Positions 19,461 to 29,082 of a DNA stretch of 64,000 nt are shown here, in pieces. Each line of letters starts with the position of its first letter. The first letter of the stretch is position 1. The notes under the pieces were generated by a model. That model was not told the DNA's origin. It did not search any database and worked only from the letters and a program-made list of their open reading frames with translations. The DNA lies in the NCBI GenBank assembly GCA_965207735.1, contig OZ242296.1, forward strand, positions 1,120,001 through 1,184,000, in the 5' to 3' direction. Both the position numbers and the translations under genes were made by a program. This DNA is from Candidatus Versatilivorator sp. (lineage in GTDB: Bacteria; Acidobacteriota; Terriglobia; Versatilivoradales; Versatilivoraceae).

Positions 19461-19961
19461 GTGATCATCTTCGATTTCGATCTCACGCTCGTCGACACGA
19501 AGCCCGTTGAGGCACTGCGGGCGGCCCGAAAATGGAGATCGGTCCTGGATCGGGCACCGGCACTGAAAGTATATGACGGCGTGTACGAACTCCTCTTCGA
19601 CCTCGATGCCCGCGGCCAGACGCTTGCGATTGTCACAATGAGCCCGGACATGGTGCCTCGGGATTTCGTGCATCGTTACCGGTGGCCGATCGGCTTGGTG
19701 ATCGGTTACCACCAGGTGAGCAGGCGAAAGCCGAACCCGGAAGCGCTGATTCTGGCCATGCGCGAGGCTGGCGCCAAACAGAACGAGACGTTCCACATCG
19801 GGGATCAGCCCGAGGATACGGAAGCCGCCCGACGGGCTGGCATCGTCGCAATAGGGGCGGGGTGGGGATCGGTTGATATTGGACTTCTCAGAGCATCAAA
19901 TCCCGATTACCTGTTCACGTCAGTCCAAGAGTGCCGGGAATTCCTGTTGGCGGCCCTGTAG
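19461..19961 (+). CDS. HAD-superfamily hydrolase
   Basis: Motif I FDFDLTLVDT, IVT, KPNPE, IGDQPED; GTG start 1 nt after the DprA stop. Confidence 0.88.
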   Translation: MIIFDFDLTLVDTKPVEALRAARKWRSVLDRAPALKVYDGVYELLFDLDARGQTLAIVTMSPDMVPRDFVHRYRWPIGLVIGYHQVSRRKPNPEALILAMREAGAKQNETFHIGDQPEDTEAARRAGIVAIGAGWGSVDIGLLRASNPDYLFTSVQECREFLLAAL

Positions 19962-19964
19962 GCG

Positions 19965-20170
19965 CGTCACCGGCTTCCAGTCATTATCGCGGTTCCCGCG
20001 CCGCTCGAAGAAGGCATCCCTCGCTACGGGAAGGAGTAGATTGTCCGAGATTGCCGCGGTCTCCTCCCCCTCCCGCCAAGCCTGTTCCAAGATCCAGAGT
20101 TCGCCCGCGAGTGCCCTCCTCTCCTGTTCCAGATCAATAGGTTCCTCGACTGGATCATCCCATAGGAGAC
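19965..20170 (-). pseudogene. Possible C-terminal fragment of a hypothetical protein
   Basis: Helical, protein-like segment EQERRALAGELWILEQAWREGEETAAISDNLLLP with no credible start. Confidence 0.3.
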
Positions 20171-20889
20171 CCGTCCCATGCCGACACTTTCTCCATCCCG
20201 GCCCGACATGGTCCCTCTGGCCATCCTCGAAAATCACGTCGTTGTCGCCGCCGTCCGCTTCCGAGCCGGCTTGACGGGCTGCCTATCTCCGGTGGGACTG
20301 TTGTCTGGGCGCGCCCTGCACGGCTACGTTCGCACCGAAGGCCAGTCTGCCCGCTGGGGCCAGGTCTAGGGCATCGGCTGGGAACAGGCCGACGCGGCTG
20401 ACGCCGGAGGCGGAATTGCAACGCGACCAACAGAGAGGCGAAGACGATGAACAAACGGCATGGGAATTTAATTTGCCATACCCCAGCAGATGCTTCCTGT
20501 CGAGTTCCAAACAAAGGGGACTACAACCGAAAGTGGCGAGTCCCCTTATTGACGTTCGCGGGGCTTGTCGATCCAGCGCGGTATTTGGGAGGGAAACCGA
20601 ACTGGGCGCGGTCCTGGTCGCAATCGAGGGAGTGGTCAAGCTTGCCGAGCAGGTCGGCAGGAGGGTACTCCTTTTTCCATGAGGCCACCGAAGACCATGA
20701 GGCGGCGGGTGCAGCGTCGGGCCACAGGGGGGAAGGGAAGCGGAAGTGAAAGGACCGCCATCGAACGCCATGGCGGACTCGGCCGGAGCAGGAACGATCG
20801 ACAGACTCCGCCTCCGGGGGTCACGCCCGTGCCGTCGTATCGGTGGCCATCTTACAAAGGGGGGGTGGCTCACCGAGGTGGCTCACTAG

Positions 20890-22587
20890 CCCGCATTTCT
20901 CACCAGAGTTCGCACAGGAGCGGTAAAAGGGGCCATGGAGGCATTTGAGGCCGAGTTTAACAACGTTGGTGGCTGGATCGGTAGGCAAAGGCCAACAGCG
21001 GAGGCTTCTGAGGCTCTCCGAGGAACCTCAGGCGGCATTTTCCCTCGAAAACAGCGACACCTCTGCCATCGGGCCTGGTGGCCGCGTCTTCAAGGGCCAG
21101 GAGTGACGGTCGGGTCAGGGCACCTCAGGGCGGCAGGTGAGCCCAAGCGATGCGGAACTCCCTCTGGTAAGGACATCCGGAAGCCATGGCGACCTTGATG
21201 CGACGGACCGAGATGGTGACCTGAGCGCCGATCTTGAGCAGTTTGAGTCTGATGGAACCGACGGTGGCCCGGGCCAGGCAGGTGGATTGCAGCGCCCGCC
21301 GGCGCAAGCCCTCCACCAGCACATAGGCGAAAGAGGTCATCAGGAGCCGGAGCTGATTCGCCCGGAAGGAGTGGGTGGAGGTGCGATCGGCAAACAGGTC
21401 GAGTTGCTGCTCCTTGATGCGGTTTTCCATCTCACCGCGGGCACAGTAGATCTTCTCATAGAGGAACTGGGCGGGGTAGTCCTGGACCGACAGAGAGGTG
21501 ACGACGAAGCGGGGGTTGGGGCCGCGGGGCAGGACCTCGGCTTTGGCGACCAGGCGGCGCTCGTGGGACCAGCTCTTGTGAGTGCGGTAGGAGAGGTCGG
21601 TGAAGATCCGGGCGGGCTGCTGTTGCTGGTCTGAGAGGGCCTGGGCCTGAGCCAACTCGGGGGCGATGGCGTCTTGGAGGCGGGAGTTGCGGGCCAGGCC
21701 GAAGAGATAGTCGACCTGATGCTGCTCACACCACCCCATCAGCTCCTCACGGGCAAAGCCGGAGTCGGCCCGCAGCAGGATCTTGACCTGAGGCCAGACA
21801 CGCCGTAGGCGGGAGACGATGCGCTGGACCTGCTCCAGAGCGCCGGCGGAGGCATCGATGTTGGCGGGTCTGAGCAGGGCCGAGAGCAGATGGCGGCCCG
21901 AGAAGATGTAGAGGGGCAGGTAGCAGTAGCCTCGGTAGTAGCCGTGGAAGAAGCGGTCCTCTTGTTCCCCGTGGAGGGGATCGTCAGTGGCGTCGAGGTC
22001 GAGGATGATCTCATCGGGGGGTTGGGGATGGGCTTGCAGAAACAGTTTCACCAGGAGGGCTTGCAAGGCCTCGGGGTCGTGGTCAATCTTGTGGTAGCGG
22101 GTGGGGCCTTGGGTGGGGGCGTGTTCGAGTCGGTTGAGGGTGCTCTTGCCTGCCAGGGGAGGCGAGTCGCCACGACGGCCTTTCTCTGAAAACAAGGCCA
22201 TGAGGGGATCGTGACGGAGTTGGTCGTGGTCGATGAGATCCTCGTAGCCGAGGGCGATGCCACGGATGCGCTGAGCGATGAGGGTGCGCAGGCTGTATTG
22301 GGTCCGCTTGGGGTCGCGGTGATCGGTGAAACAGTCGGCCACCTGGTCGGAGAGAGATAAGCCCCGATCCACCCGGCGCAACAGCAGGGAGCCGGCATCG
22401 GAAGTGATGGGACCGCCGTCGAAATCAGCCACCACGCGGCGGCGGCCGTGGGGTTCAAACTCCAGGGGTTTGGTGTTACACTGTGTCGGCATCGGTTCTC
22501 CTTTAAGAATCTGGTTAACTCCTTAGACAAGAGTATTTTACCAGATTCCGAGAACCGATGCTTCCTACCTCTGGTGAGAAATGCGGG
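20890..22587 (-). mobile_element. IS1380-family insertion sequence
   Basis: Perfect 19-bp terminal IR CCCGCATTTCTCACCAGAG; CTAG target duplication at 20886-20889 and 22588-22591. Confidence 0.93.
21125..22492 (-). CDS. IS1380 transposase
   Basis: FDGGPITSDAG, LDLDATDDPLHGEQE, LRADSGF, Y.ARGEMENRIKEQQ. Confidence 0.95.
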   Translation of the reverse strand: MPTQCNTKPLEFEPHGRRRVVADFDGGPITSDAGSLLLRRVDRGLSLSDQVADCFTDHRDPKRTQYSLRTLIAQRIRGIALGYEDLIDHDQLRHDPLMALFSEKGRRGDSPPLAGKSTLNRLEHAPTQGPTRYHKIDHDPEALQALLVKLFLQAHPQPPDEIILDLDATDDPLHGEQEDRFFHGYYRGYCYLPLYIFSGRHLLSALLRPANIDASAGALEQVQRIVSRLRRVWPQVKILLRADSGFAREELMGWCEQHQVDYLFGLARNSRLQDAIAPELAQAQALSDQQQQPARIFTDLSYRTHKSWSHERRLVAKAEVLPRGPNPRFVVTSLSVQDYPAQFLYEKIYCARGEMENRIKEQQLDLFADRTSTHSFRANQLRLLMTSFAYVLVEGLRRRALQSTCLARATVGSIRLKLLKIGAQVTISVRRIKVAMASGCPYQREFRIAWAHLPP

Positions 22588-22996
22588 CTAGGTGGCTCAC
22601 GCTTTTGACCACCCCAACGCTCCTCTCTCAGTGGGCAAATTCCTCGCCGTTGTGGTCCAGGCTATGCCCGGGAATCCGCATTGGACAAGGGTTGGCACGG
22701 ATTCCCCAAATCCTCTGCGGTAAATCGCAATGCGGCGCCGCGCCACGGTGTCCCCGCCTCGCACGGCGCGGCGTGGCGCCGCACGGGAGGGGGAGGAAGT
22801 GGAGGGAGCGACCCCGGCTTTTTTGCCGCTGGTGCGGCACCGGGCAGGGGTAGGTGGTGCACGCCAAAATCCACCACCACCCCTCCCCTTTTCGGGGTCG
22901 CTCCCTCCACAGTGATCCCTGGCGGGAAGGCCGCCGTAGCGGTGACGAAGCCCGGATCGGAACACTGACCACAGGGGGAGCACGAGAGGGGCCAAC

Positions 22997-24166
22997 TCAG
23001 GCAGCGGCCGTTTTCCGGCCCGCGCCCAGGAATACCGCCCACTGCTCCATCAGGACGCGCCGGCGCTCGAACAGGTCCGAGCGGGCGTAGGCGGCTTCCA
23101 CTTGGTTGCGGACCACGTGCGACAACGCTGCCTCCATCACGGCATGGGGCGCATCGGTCTGCTCCCCCGCCCAGTCCCGGAACGAGGAGCGAAACCCATG
23201 CGGCACGGCCCCGATTCCCAGTTCCCGCAGCAGGGTGCTGAGATCGCGGTCCGGCAGTGGGCCACCGGCCGGAGTCGGAAACACCAGATTGGAAGATCTC
23301 TCGATCCGCCTCGCTTCAGCCAGAATCCTCCGCGCTCCCGTAGACAACGGGACCCGGTGCTCTCTCTGGTGCTTCATCCGTTCCGGGGGAACCGTCCACA
23401 CTCCCGCCTCCAGGTCGATCTCCGCCCAGCGCGCCCCGCGCATCTCCCCCGACCGGCACGCCGTCAGCACCAGGAACTCGAAGCCGAGCTTGACCCCCAC
23501 GTCTGCTTCCGATTGCCGCACTGTCCGGATCGCCCCGGCCACCTCCCCGTAGGGCAGCGCCTTGAAGTGGCGTTGGATGCCGCCCTGTTTCGGCAGCGCG
23601 GCCCCGAGCGCCTCCCCGGCCGGATTGTCCATCCGGTAGCCCTGGGCAATGGCCCACTTCATCACCGTGCCGATCCGTTGCCGCACCCGCCGGGCCGTTG
23701 CCTGCCTGGTGTTCCAGATCGGCGACAGCACAGCCATGACATCGGCCGTGGTGATCCCGTCCACCCGCATCCGGCCCAGCTTGGGGTAGACGTAGCTGCG
23801 CAGGCTGCCTTTCCACTGAGCGGCGTGATGGTCGCTTCTCCAGTTGGGCCGGTACATGGCGTAGACCTTGGCGGCGGCCTGCTCGAAGGTCGGGACGGAG
23901 TGGCGCCGGGAGGCCAGGGGATTGCCGCCGGAGCGGGCCAGCCGGCGGTTGGCGATGGCCCTCTCCCGGGCCTGGGCCAGCGTCACGAGCCGAAGAGAGC
24001 CGAGACCCAGCTCGCGGCGCTTGCCGTGGATGAAGAGCCGTTGGATCCATTGCTTGTATCCGGAGGGCTTGACCCGTAGGATCAAGCCATGCTCGTCCCA
24101 GTAGAGTCCGGGCTGCTCGACGGTGCGGACGAAGGCGGCGGAGAGTTTCTTGCGGTAACGAGTCAC
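22997..24166 (-). CDS. P4-like tyrosine integrase (int2, intact), integrase of the inserted element
   Basis: LTACRSGE, PHGFRSSFRDW, LSH, EAAY; arm-binding N-terminal domain. Confidence 0.95.
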   Translation of the reverse strand: MTRYRKKLSAAFVRTVEQPGLYWDEHGLILRVKPSGYKQWIQRLFIHGKRRELGLGSLRLVTLAQARERAIANRRLARSGGNPLASRRHSVPTFEQAAAKVYAMYRPNWRSDHHAAQWKGSLRSYVYPKLGRMRVDGITTADVMAVLSPIWNTRQATARRVRQRIGTVMKWAIAQGYRMDNPAGEALGAALPKQGGIQRHFKALPYGEVAGAIRTVRQSEADVGVKLGFEFLVLTACRSGEMRGARWAEIDLEAGVWTVPPERMKHQREHRVPLSTGARRILAEARRIERSSNLVFPTPAGGPLPDRDLSTLLRELGIGAVPHGFRSSFRDWAGEQTDAPHAVMEAALSHVVRNQVEAAYARSDLFERRRVLMEQWAVFLGAGRKTAAA

Positions 24167-24169
24167 CGG

Positions 24170-24331
24170 ATCACCCCCTAGAAAATCACCCTATAGATCA
24201 CCCTGAACGTCCAGGAACACCCTGGACATCAATAGACGCCAATATACCATAAGTGACTCATACAAGTCTACTTACAATACTTTAGTAGATGTCTCTGGAA
24301 CTTTCTGGACTCTGCACTGGGGGATGGTCGG
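24170..24331. other. Putative attR: arm-type repeats and core
   Basis: ATCACCC at 24170, 24185 and 24197; AT-rich TAAGT..ACTTA tract; core at 24320-24331. Confidence 0.7.
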
Positions 24332-25394
24332 TCTCTTCGGCCGCCCAGTCCCGGAAGCTGGAGCGGAAACCGTGCGGCACCGCCGCAACCCCAAGCTGGC
24401 GCAGCAGTCGGCGCACCGCGCTGTCATGCAGTGGCTTCCCGCCCCCATGGGTGAACACCAGCGGACCGGCTCCCCCTTCCAGTGCCTCCGCTGCTTCGAG
24501 AATCTCCAGGGCTCGGCCACACAGCGGCACGCGGTGCCGGCGGTTCGTCTTTGCCCGCTTGACCGGGACGATCCACACCCTCCCGTTGCGATCGATCTCC
24601 TCCCACTCGGCCCACCTCACCTCACTCCACCTGGCCGCCGTCAGCACCAGGAACTCAAGGGCCAACCTGGCGGCCGGCAATGCGGTCGATGCCCGCACCT
24701 TCCAGATCACCGCAGCCGCCTCCCGATGGGGCAAAGCCCGCATGTGCTCGGTCACGTCCTTTTGGGGACCCAGCACCGGTCCGATCCGGTCACAGGGGTT
24801 GTCGATGCGGAACTCCATGGTCACGGCCCATTCCAGAACCGCATGCAGGCGCTGGCGCACCCGCTTGGCCGTGGCTACCTTCCGGTGCCAGAGGGGCGTG
24901 AGGATCTCAAGCACGTCGGCACTGGTGACCTCGGAGACGGGCACCTTGCCGATGCGGGGAAAGACGAAGCGCCTCAAGCTCGACTGCCACTCCCGGGAAT
25001 GTCTCGGGTTCCGCCATCCGCCCCGCTTCTGTTCCAGCACACGCATGGCGGCTTGGGCGAAGGTGGGAATACCCTCGGCGCGCCGCTTCTCGGCAAGCGG
25101 GTCCCCGCCCGTTCGGGCGAGCTTTCGGTTCGCGAGCGCCTTCTCCCGGGCCTCGACCAGGGAAACGAGGGCAACGCTGCCGAGTCCGAGCTCACGGCGG
25201 CGGCCACGGATGAGGAGGCGTTGAATCCAGCTGCGTGTTCCGCTGGGCTGGACGAAGAGGTACAATCCGTTTCCATCAGCGTGTCTTCCGGGCGGAGCAG
25301 AGCGAATGAAAGCAGGAGAGAGAGCCTTATGGGGATGGCGGCCCTTGGGTTTCGTTTTAGGTAGCAGACGGGCTGTACGTGATCCAGTAATCAT
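24320..25394 (-). pseudogene. 5' part of split P4-like integrase int3 (lacks the C-terminal catalytic His and Tyr)
   Basis: Integrase sequence runs to PHGFRSSFRDWAAEETDHP, then 12 unrelated residues and a stop (ORF 24282-25394). Confidence 0.9.
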
Positions 25395-25798
25395 CCCCTT
25401 ATTATATGGGGGATGGTAATTGAGGTGGATTGCGAGGGATGTTTCGAGTCGGCCAAGCGATGGTTGAACTCAGATAAGGTAATGATAATAAATACGGTTA
25501 TAGACTGTAATGGAAGACATTAGACGTTGCTGGAATGTGGAAGGCTGTTGCTGCACAGGAAGCTGACCACCTGCCGATCGGGTGGGTGTGTGATGTCATC
25601 CAAGGGCTTGATTGCCGGTAGTCGGGAATCGTCGTTCAAGAAATGGTGATGGTCAAACTCAATGGGGTAAACACGCTTGCCCTGGAGCCCCCATACCAAA
25701 CCATCGGCCAATGATCCTGTCTATCCTGTGCATCGATGTTCAATGATGCGGCAAACCGAATTGGCGGGACAGGGGCCGGCCTGGTCTGGAATTACGGG

Positions 25799-26752
25799 TT
25801 AAACCTCGGTTGGCGGGTTGCCGTTCATGTCTTCGAACAGTGGTGTGCTCAGGTAGCGTTCCCCGGTGCTGGGCAGCACGGTTACGATCAGCTTTCCCTC
25901 GCTTTCCGCTCGCTTGCTCACCTCAACTGCCGCGTGAGCCGCGGCGCCGGAGGAGATTCCCACCAGCAGTCCCTCCTCCCTGATCAAGCGACGGGCCATG
26001 TGAAAGGCCTGCTCGTTGGTGACTCGGATCACCTCGTCGATCACTCCCCTGTTGAGAATGTCCGGAATAAAGCCGGCTCCGATACCCTGGATCTCGTGCC
26101 ACCCGGGGCTCCCGCCGGAGATTACCGCGGAATCCTCCGGTTCCACCGCGATGACTTGAAAGCCCGACTTCCGGGATTTGAGGATCTCTCCCACACCGGT
26201 GATGGTCCCGCCCGTGCCGACGCCGCCCACGAAGACATCGACCCTTCCCTCGGTATCGCTCCAAATCTCTTCGGCAGTGGTCTGGCGGTGAATCTTGGGA
26301 TTGGCCCGATTGCGGAACTGCTGGGGAATCCAGGAATTGGGAGTCTCGGCGGCGATCTTCTCCGCTGCCTTGATGGCGCCCTTCATCCCCTCAAGACCCG
26401 GAGTCAGGACCAGTTCCGCCCCGAAGGCCTTGAGCAGCGTGCGCCGTTCCATGCTCATGGTGTCGGGCATGGAAAGAATGAGCCGATACCCCTTTACCGC
26501 ACAGACGAAGGCCAGGGCGATTCCGGTATTGCCGCTGGTGGGCTCGATGATCACCGTGTCCTTGTCGATAACGCCCATCCTCTCGGCTTCATTGATCATG
26601 CTGATCCCGATACGATCCTTGACGCTCCCGGCCGGATTGTGAGATTCCAGCTTGGCCACCACCGTGGCCAGGGACCCGTCGGTCACTCGATTCAGGCGCA
26701 CCATGGGAGTGTTTCCCATCAGTTCCAGGACATTGCTTGCAATCCTCGCCAT
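25799..26752 (-). CDS. cysK: Cysteine synthase A
   Basis: [36 protein letters not shown]. Confidence 0.95.
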   Translation of the reverse strand: MARIASNVLELMGNTPMVRLNRVTDGSLATVVAKLESHNPAGSVKDRIGISMINEAERMGVIDKDTVIIEPTSGNTGIALAFVCAVKGYRLILSMPDTMSMERRTLLKAFGAELVLTPGLEGMKGAIKAAEKIAAETPNSWIPQQFRNRANPKIHRQTTAEEIWSDTEGRVDVFVGGVGTGGTITGVGEILKSRKSGFQVIAVEPEDSAVISGGSPGWHEIQGIGAGFIPDILNRGVIDEVIRVTNEQAFHMARRLIREEGLLVGISSGAAAHAAVEVSKRAESEGKLIVTVLPSTGERYLSTPLFEDMNGNPPTEV

Positions 26753-26761
26753 GGCGGTCTC

Positions 26762-27199
26762 CTAAATGTAGTACATGATCTGGGGGTCCAACTTCTTCCG
26801 TCTTTCACACACCTCTTCCACCGTGGTCGAACGAAGGACAGCCGAGGCATGTGCGTCAATTTCCGCCCAGAGATCTCTGAGAATTTTCCGGGTAGGATCC
26901 TGGTTCGCCCCCTCCCTCATGAAGACGTCGCTGCTGTCGATCGAACCCTCCAGCGCCCTCACCACCTGAAGCAGATTGATGTGACTGGCGGACCGAGCCA
27001 ACTTGTAGCCGCCTTGACGTCCCCGGCTGCTCTCGATCAGGCCGGCCTTCTTCAGCAACAGCAGCAGCTGATCCAGGTACTGTTTGGGAATGTTCTGTCG
27101 TTCGGCTATCTGGGCGCTCTGCACCGGAGCCTCGAGGGAATGCAGGGCCAGATCCATGATCGCCAACAAGCCATATTCACCTCTTGTGGACAATTTCAT
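26762..27199 (-). CDS. Rrf2-family regulator (CymR-like)
   Basis: MKLSTRGEYGL, IAERQNIP..YL.Q, S.RG..GGY.LA; no IscR cysteine triad; lies between cys genes. Confidence 0.9.
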   Translation of the reverse strand: MKLSTRGEYGLLAIMDLALHSLEAPVQSAQIAERQNIPKQYLDQLLLLLKKAGLIESSRGRQGGYKLARSASHINLLQVVRALEGSIDSSDVFMREGANQDPTRKILRDLWAEIDAHASAVLRSTTVEEVCERRKKLDPQIMYYI

Positions 27200-27309
27200 G
27201 ATCGACCGCCCGTCGGAAAAAAAGATGACTAAAATAATCCAGATACTTCATGTACTTGATTTCGACGTTTTCCGTCAACAATAATAGCAGACTAACTTAA
27301 AGAAAGCAC

Positions 27310-27361
27310 TTGACTTTTTAGGACACCACCATTATATTGACTATGTTTATTAAATTAGTCA
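27310..27361 (+). promoter_or_regulatory. Sigma70 promoter for cysHDN with an adjacent palindromic operator (candidate Rrf2 site)
   Basis: TTGACT-N17-TATATT (27310-27338); TGACTA-N12-TAGTCA (27338-27361). Confidence 0.6.
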
Positions 27362-27368
27362 TGTTTAC

Positions 27369-28118
27369 ATGAGATCCATGGTTGTTAACCCACCCAATGC
27401 CGGCGACATCACGCGGTGGCAGCAACAGCTTCGCTCGTCCTCTCCCGGCCAGATCCTGAAGTGGGCTCATCGCCGCTTCGATTCTCGGATGGTGTTCGCC
27501 ACGGCTCTAGGGCTGGAAGACCAGGTAATCACTCACTTCCTGGCCCAGGAGGCCCTTCCCGTCCGAATCGTCACGCTGGACACCGGCAGACTCTTTCCGG
27601 AAACCCTTCAACTGGTCGAAAGGACTGAAGAACGCTACCGGCTGAGAATCGAAACCTTTTTCCCCCGAACCGAAGAGGTGGAGGCCATGGTCCGTGACCA
27701 CGGCATCAACCTCTTCTACCGGAGCGTCGAGCTGAGACAGTTGTGCTGCAGCATCAGAAAGATCCACCCACTGAGGCGCGCGCTCCAGGGCATGGACGCC
27801 TGGATCTGCGGACTCAGGCGGCAGCAGTCTGTGACCCGCCGGGATGTGTATCCCGTCGAATGGGACGACAGCAACGGTCTGGTCAAGATCAATCCTCTTT
27901 GGGACTGGGAGGAGCCCCGGCTTTGGGAGGTCGTCAAGTCCAACCAGGTTCCCTACAATCCGTTGCACCAACAAGGCTTTCTGAGCATCGGCTGCGCCTG
28001 CTGCACCCGTGCCGTGGGTCCGGGAGAAGACCTGCGGGCCGGACGCTGGTGGTGGGAGCAACCTGAGCACAAGGAATGCGGACTGCACCGGCGTCCGAGC
28101 CCCGGGGCACAGGGGTGA
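27369..28118 (+). CDS. cysH: APS/PAPS reductase (Fe-S type)
   Basis: LDTGRL, CC..RK, SIGCACCT, GRW, ECGLH. Confidence 0.93.
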   Translation: MRSMVVNPPNAGDITRWQQQLRSSSPGQILKWAHRRFDSRMVFATALGLEDQVITHFLAQEALPVRIVTLDTGRLFPETLQLVERTEERYRLRIETFFPRTEEVEAMVRDHGINLFYRSVELRQLCCSIRKIHPLRRALQGMDAWICGLRRQQSVTRRDVYPVEWDDSNGLVKINPLWDWEEPRLWEVVKSNQVPYNPLHQQGFLSIGCACCTRAVGPGEDLRAGRWWWEQPEHKECGLHRRPSPGAQG

Positions 28119-28176
28119 ATCGGTGCTGACGATGCCATTCCCCTGCCGTCCGAGCTGGAGAAGCTGAACCGAAACC

Positions 28177-29082
28177 ATGGACAGCTACTATCTTTCGCAC
28201 CTGGACGCCCTGGAAGCCGAGGCCATCTATGTCATGCGTGAAGTGGCCGCGGAATTTGAGAGGCCGGTGCTGCTCTTTTCGGGCGGAAAGGATTCCATCT
28301 GCCTGTTGAGGCTGGCTGAAAAGGCCTTTCGCCCGGCTCACTTCCCCTTTCCTCTGCTGCACATCGATACCGGCCACAACTTTCCGGAAGTGATCGAGTT
28401 TCGTGACCGGAGGGTCAGGGAGCTCGGGGAGCGGCTGATCGTTCGGACCGTGGATGACGCCATCGAAGCCGGCATTGTCACTGAGCCCGGCGGTACCGAC
28501 AAGAGCCGCAACTGGCTGCAGATCCCGACACTGCTGCATGCTCTGGAAGAGTTCAAGTTCGACGCTGCCTTCGGGGGAGCGCGCCGTGACGAAGAAAAGT
28601 CCAGGGCCAAGGAAAGGTTCTTTTCGTTTCGTGACGAATTTGGGCAGTGGGACCCGCGCAACCAGCGGCCGGAACTCTGGAGCGTATACAACACCAGGAT
28701 CCACCCGGGTCAGCACATCCGGGTCTTCCCCTTGTCCAACTGGACCGAACTGGATGTCTGGCAATACATCGCCAGGGAGGAGCTGGAGATCCCGGGCATC
28801 TACTTCAGCCATCGGCGGGAGGTCTTCCGGCGGGACGGCTTGTGGATGAGCGCCTCCGAGCTGCTTCCGCTCAAGCGCGGTGAGGTGATCGAAACCCGGT
28901 CGATTCGTTTCAGGACGGTTGGGGACATCCTCTGCACGGCCGCCATTGAATCGCCCTGCTCCACGGTTCAGGAAATCATCGGAGAAATCGCTGCCCTCAA
29001 GGTGACGGAACGGGGTGCCCGGGCCGACGATCAAGTCTCCGAAACCTCCATGGAAGACCGCAAACGGGAGGGGTATTTCTAG
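28177..29082 (+). CDS. cysD: Sulfate adenylyltransferase subunit 2
   Basis: FSGGKDS, GGARRDEEKSRAKER, RVFPLSNWTE, KREGYF. Confidence 0.96.
   Translation: MDSYYLSHLDALEAEAIYVMREVAAEFERPVLLFSGGKDSICLLRLAEKAFRPAHFPFPLLHIDTGHNFPEVIEFRDRRVRELGERLIVRTVDDAIEAGIVTEPGGTDKSRNWLQIPTLLHALEEFKFDAAFGGARRDEEKSRAKERFFSFRDEFGQWDPRNQRPELWSVYNTRIHPGQHIRVFPLSNWTELDVWQYIAREELEIPGIYFSHRREVFRRDGLWMSASELLPLKRGEVIETRSIRFRTVGDILCTAAIESPCSTVQEIIGEIAALKVTERGARADDQVSETSMEDRKREGYF

Larger units (their letters stand above)
20791..22936 (+). repeat. Conserved non-coding module, copy D (GGTGGCTCAC x3), split by IS1380
   Basis: 20791-20889 plus 22592-22936 colinear with copy C; 18-bp IR at 22799-22816/22893-22910. Confidence 0.72.
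13162..24331. mobile_element. ~11.2 kb integrative element (int2) inserted inside integrase gene int3
   Basis: 12-bp direct repeat GGGGATGGTCGG at 13162-13173 and 24320-24331; int2 next to the right end; matching arm-type motifs TAGGTCACCCT (13247) and TAGATCACCCT (24194). Confidence 0.8.

Noticed and set aside
25408-25417. GGGGGATGGT upstream of int3, similar to the att core
   Set aside because: Only a 9-nt match within the int leader, with no associated breakpoint.
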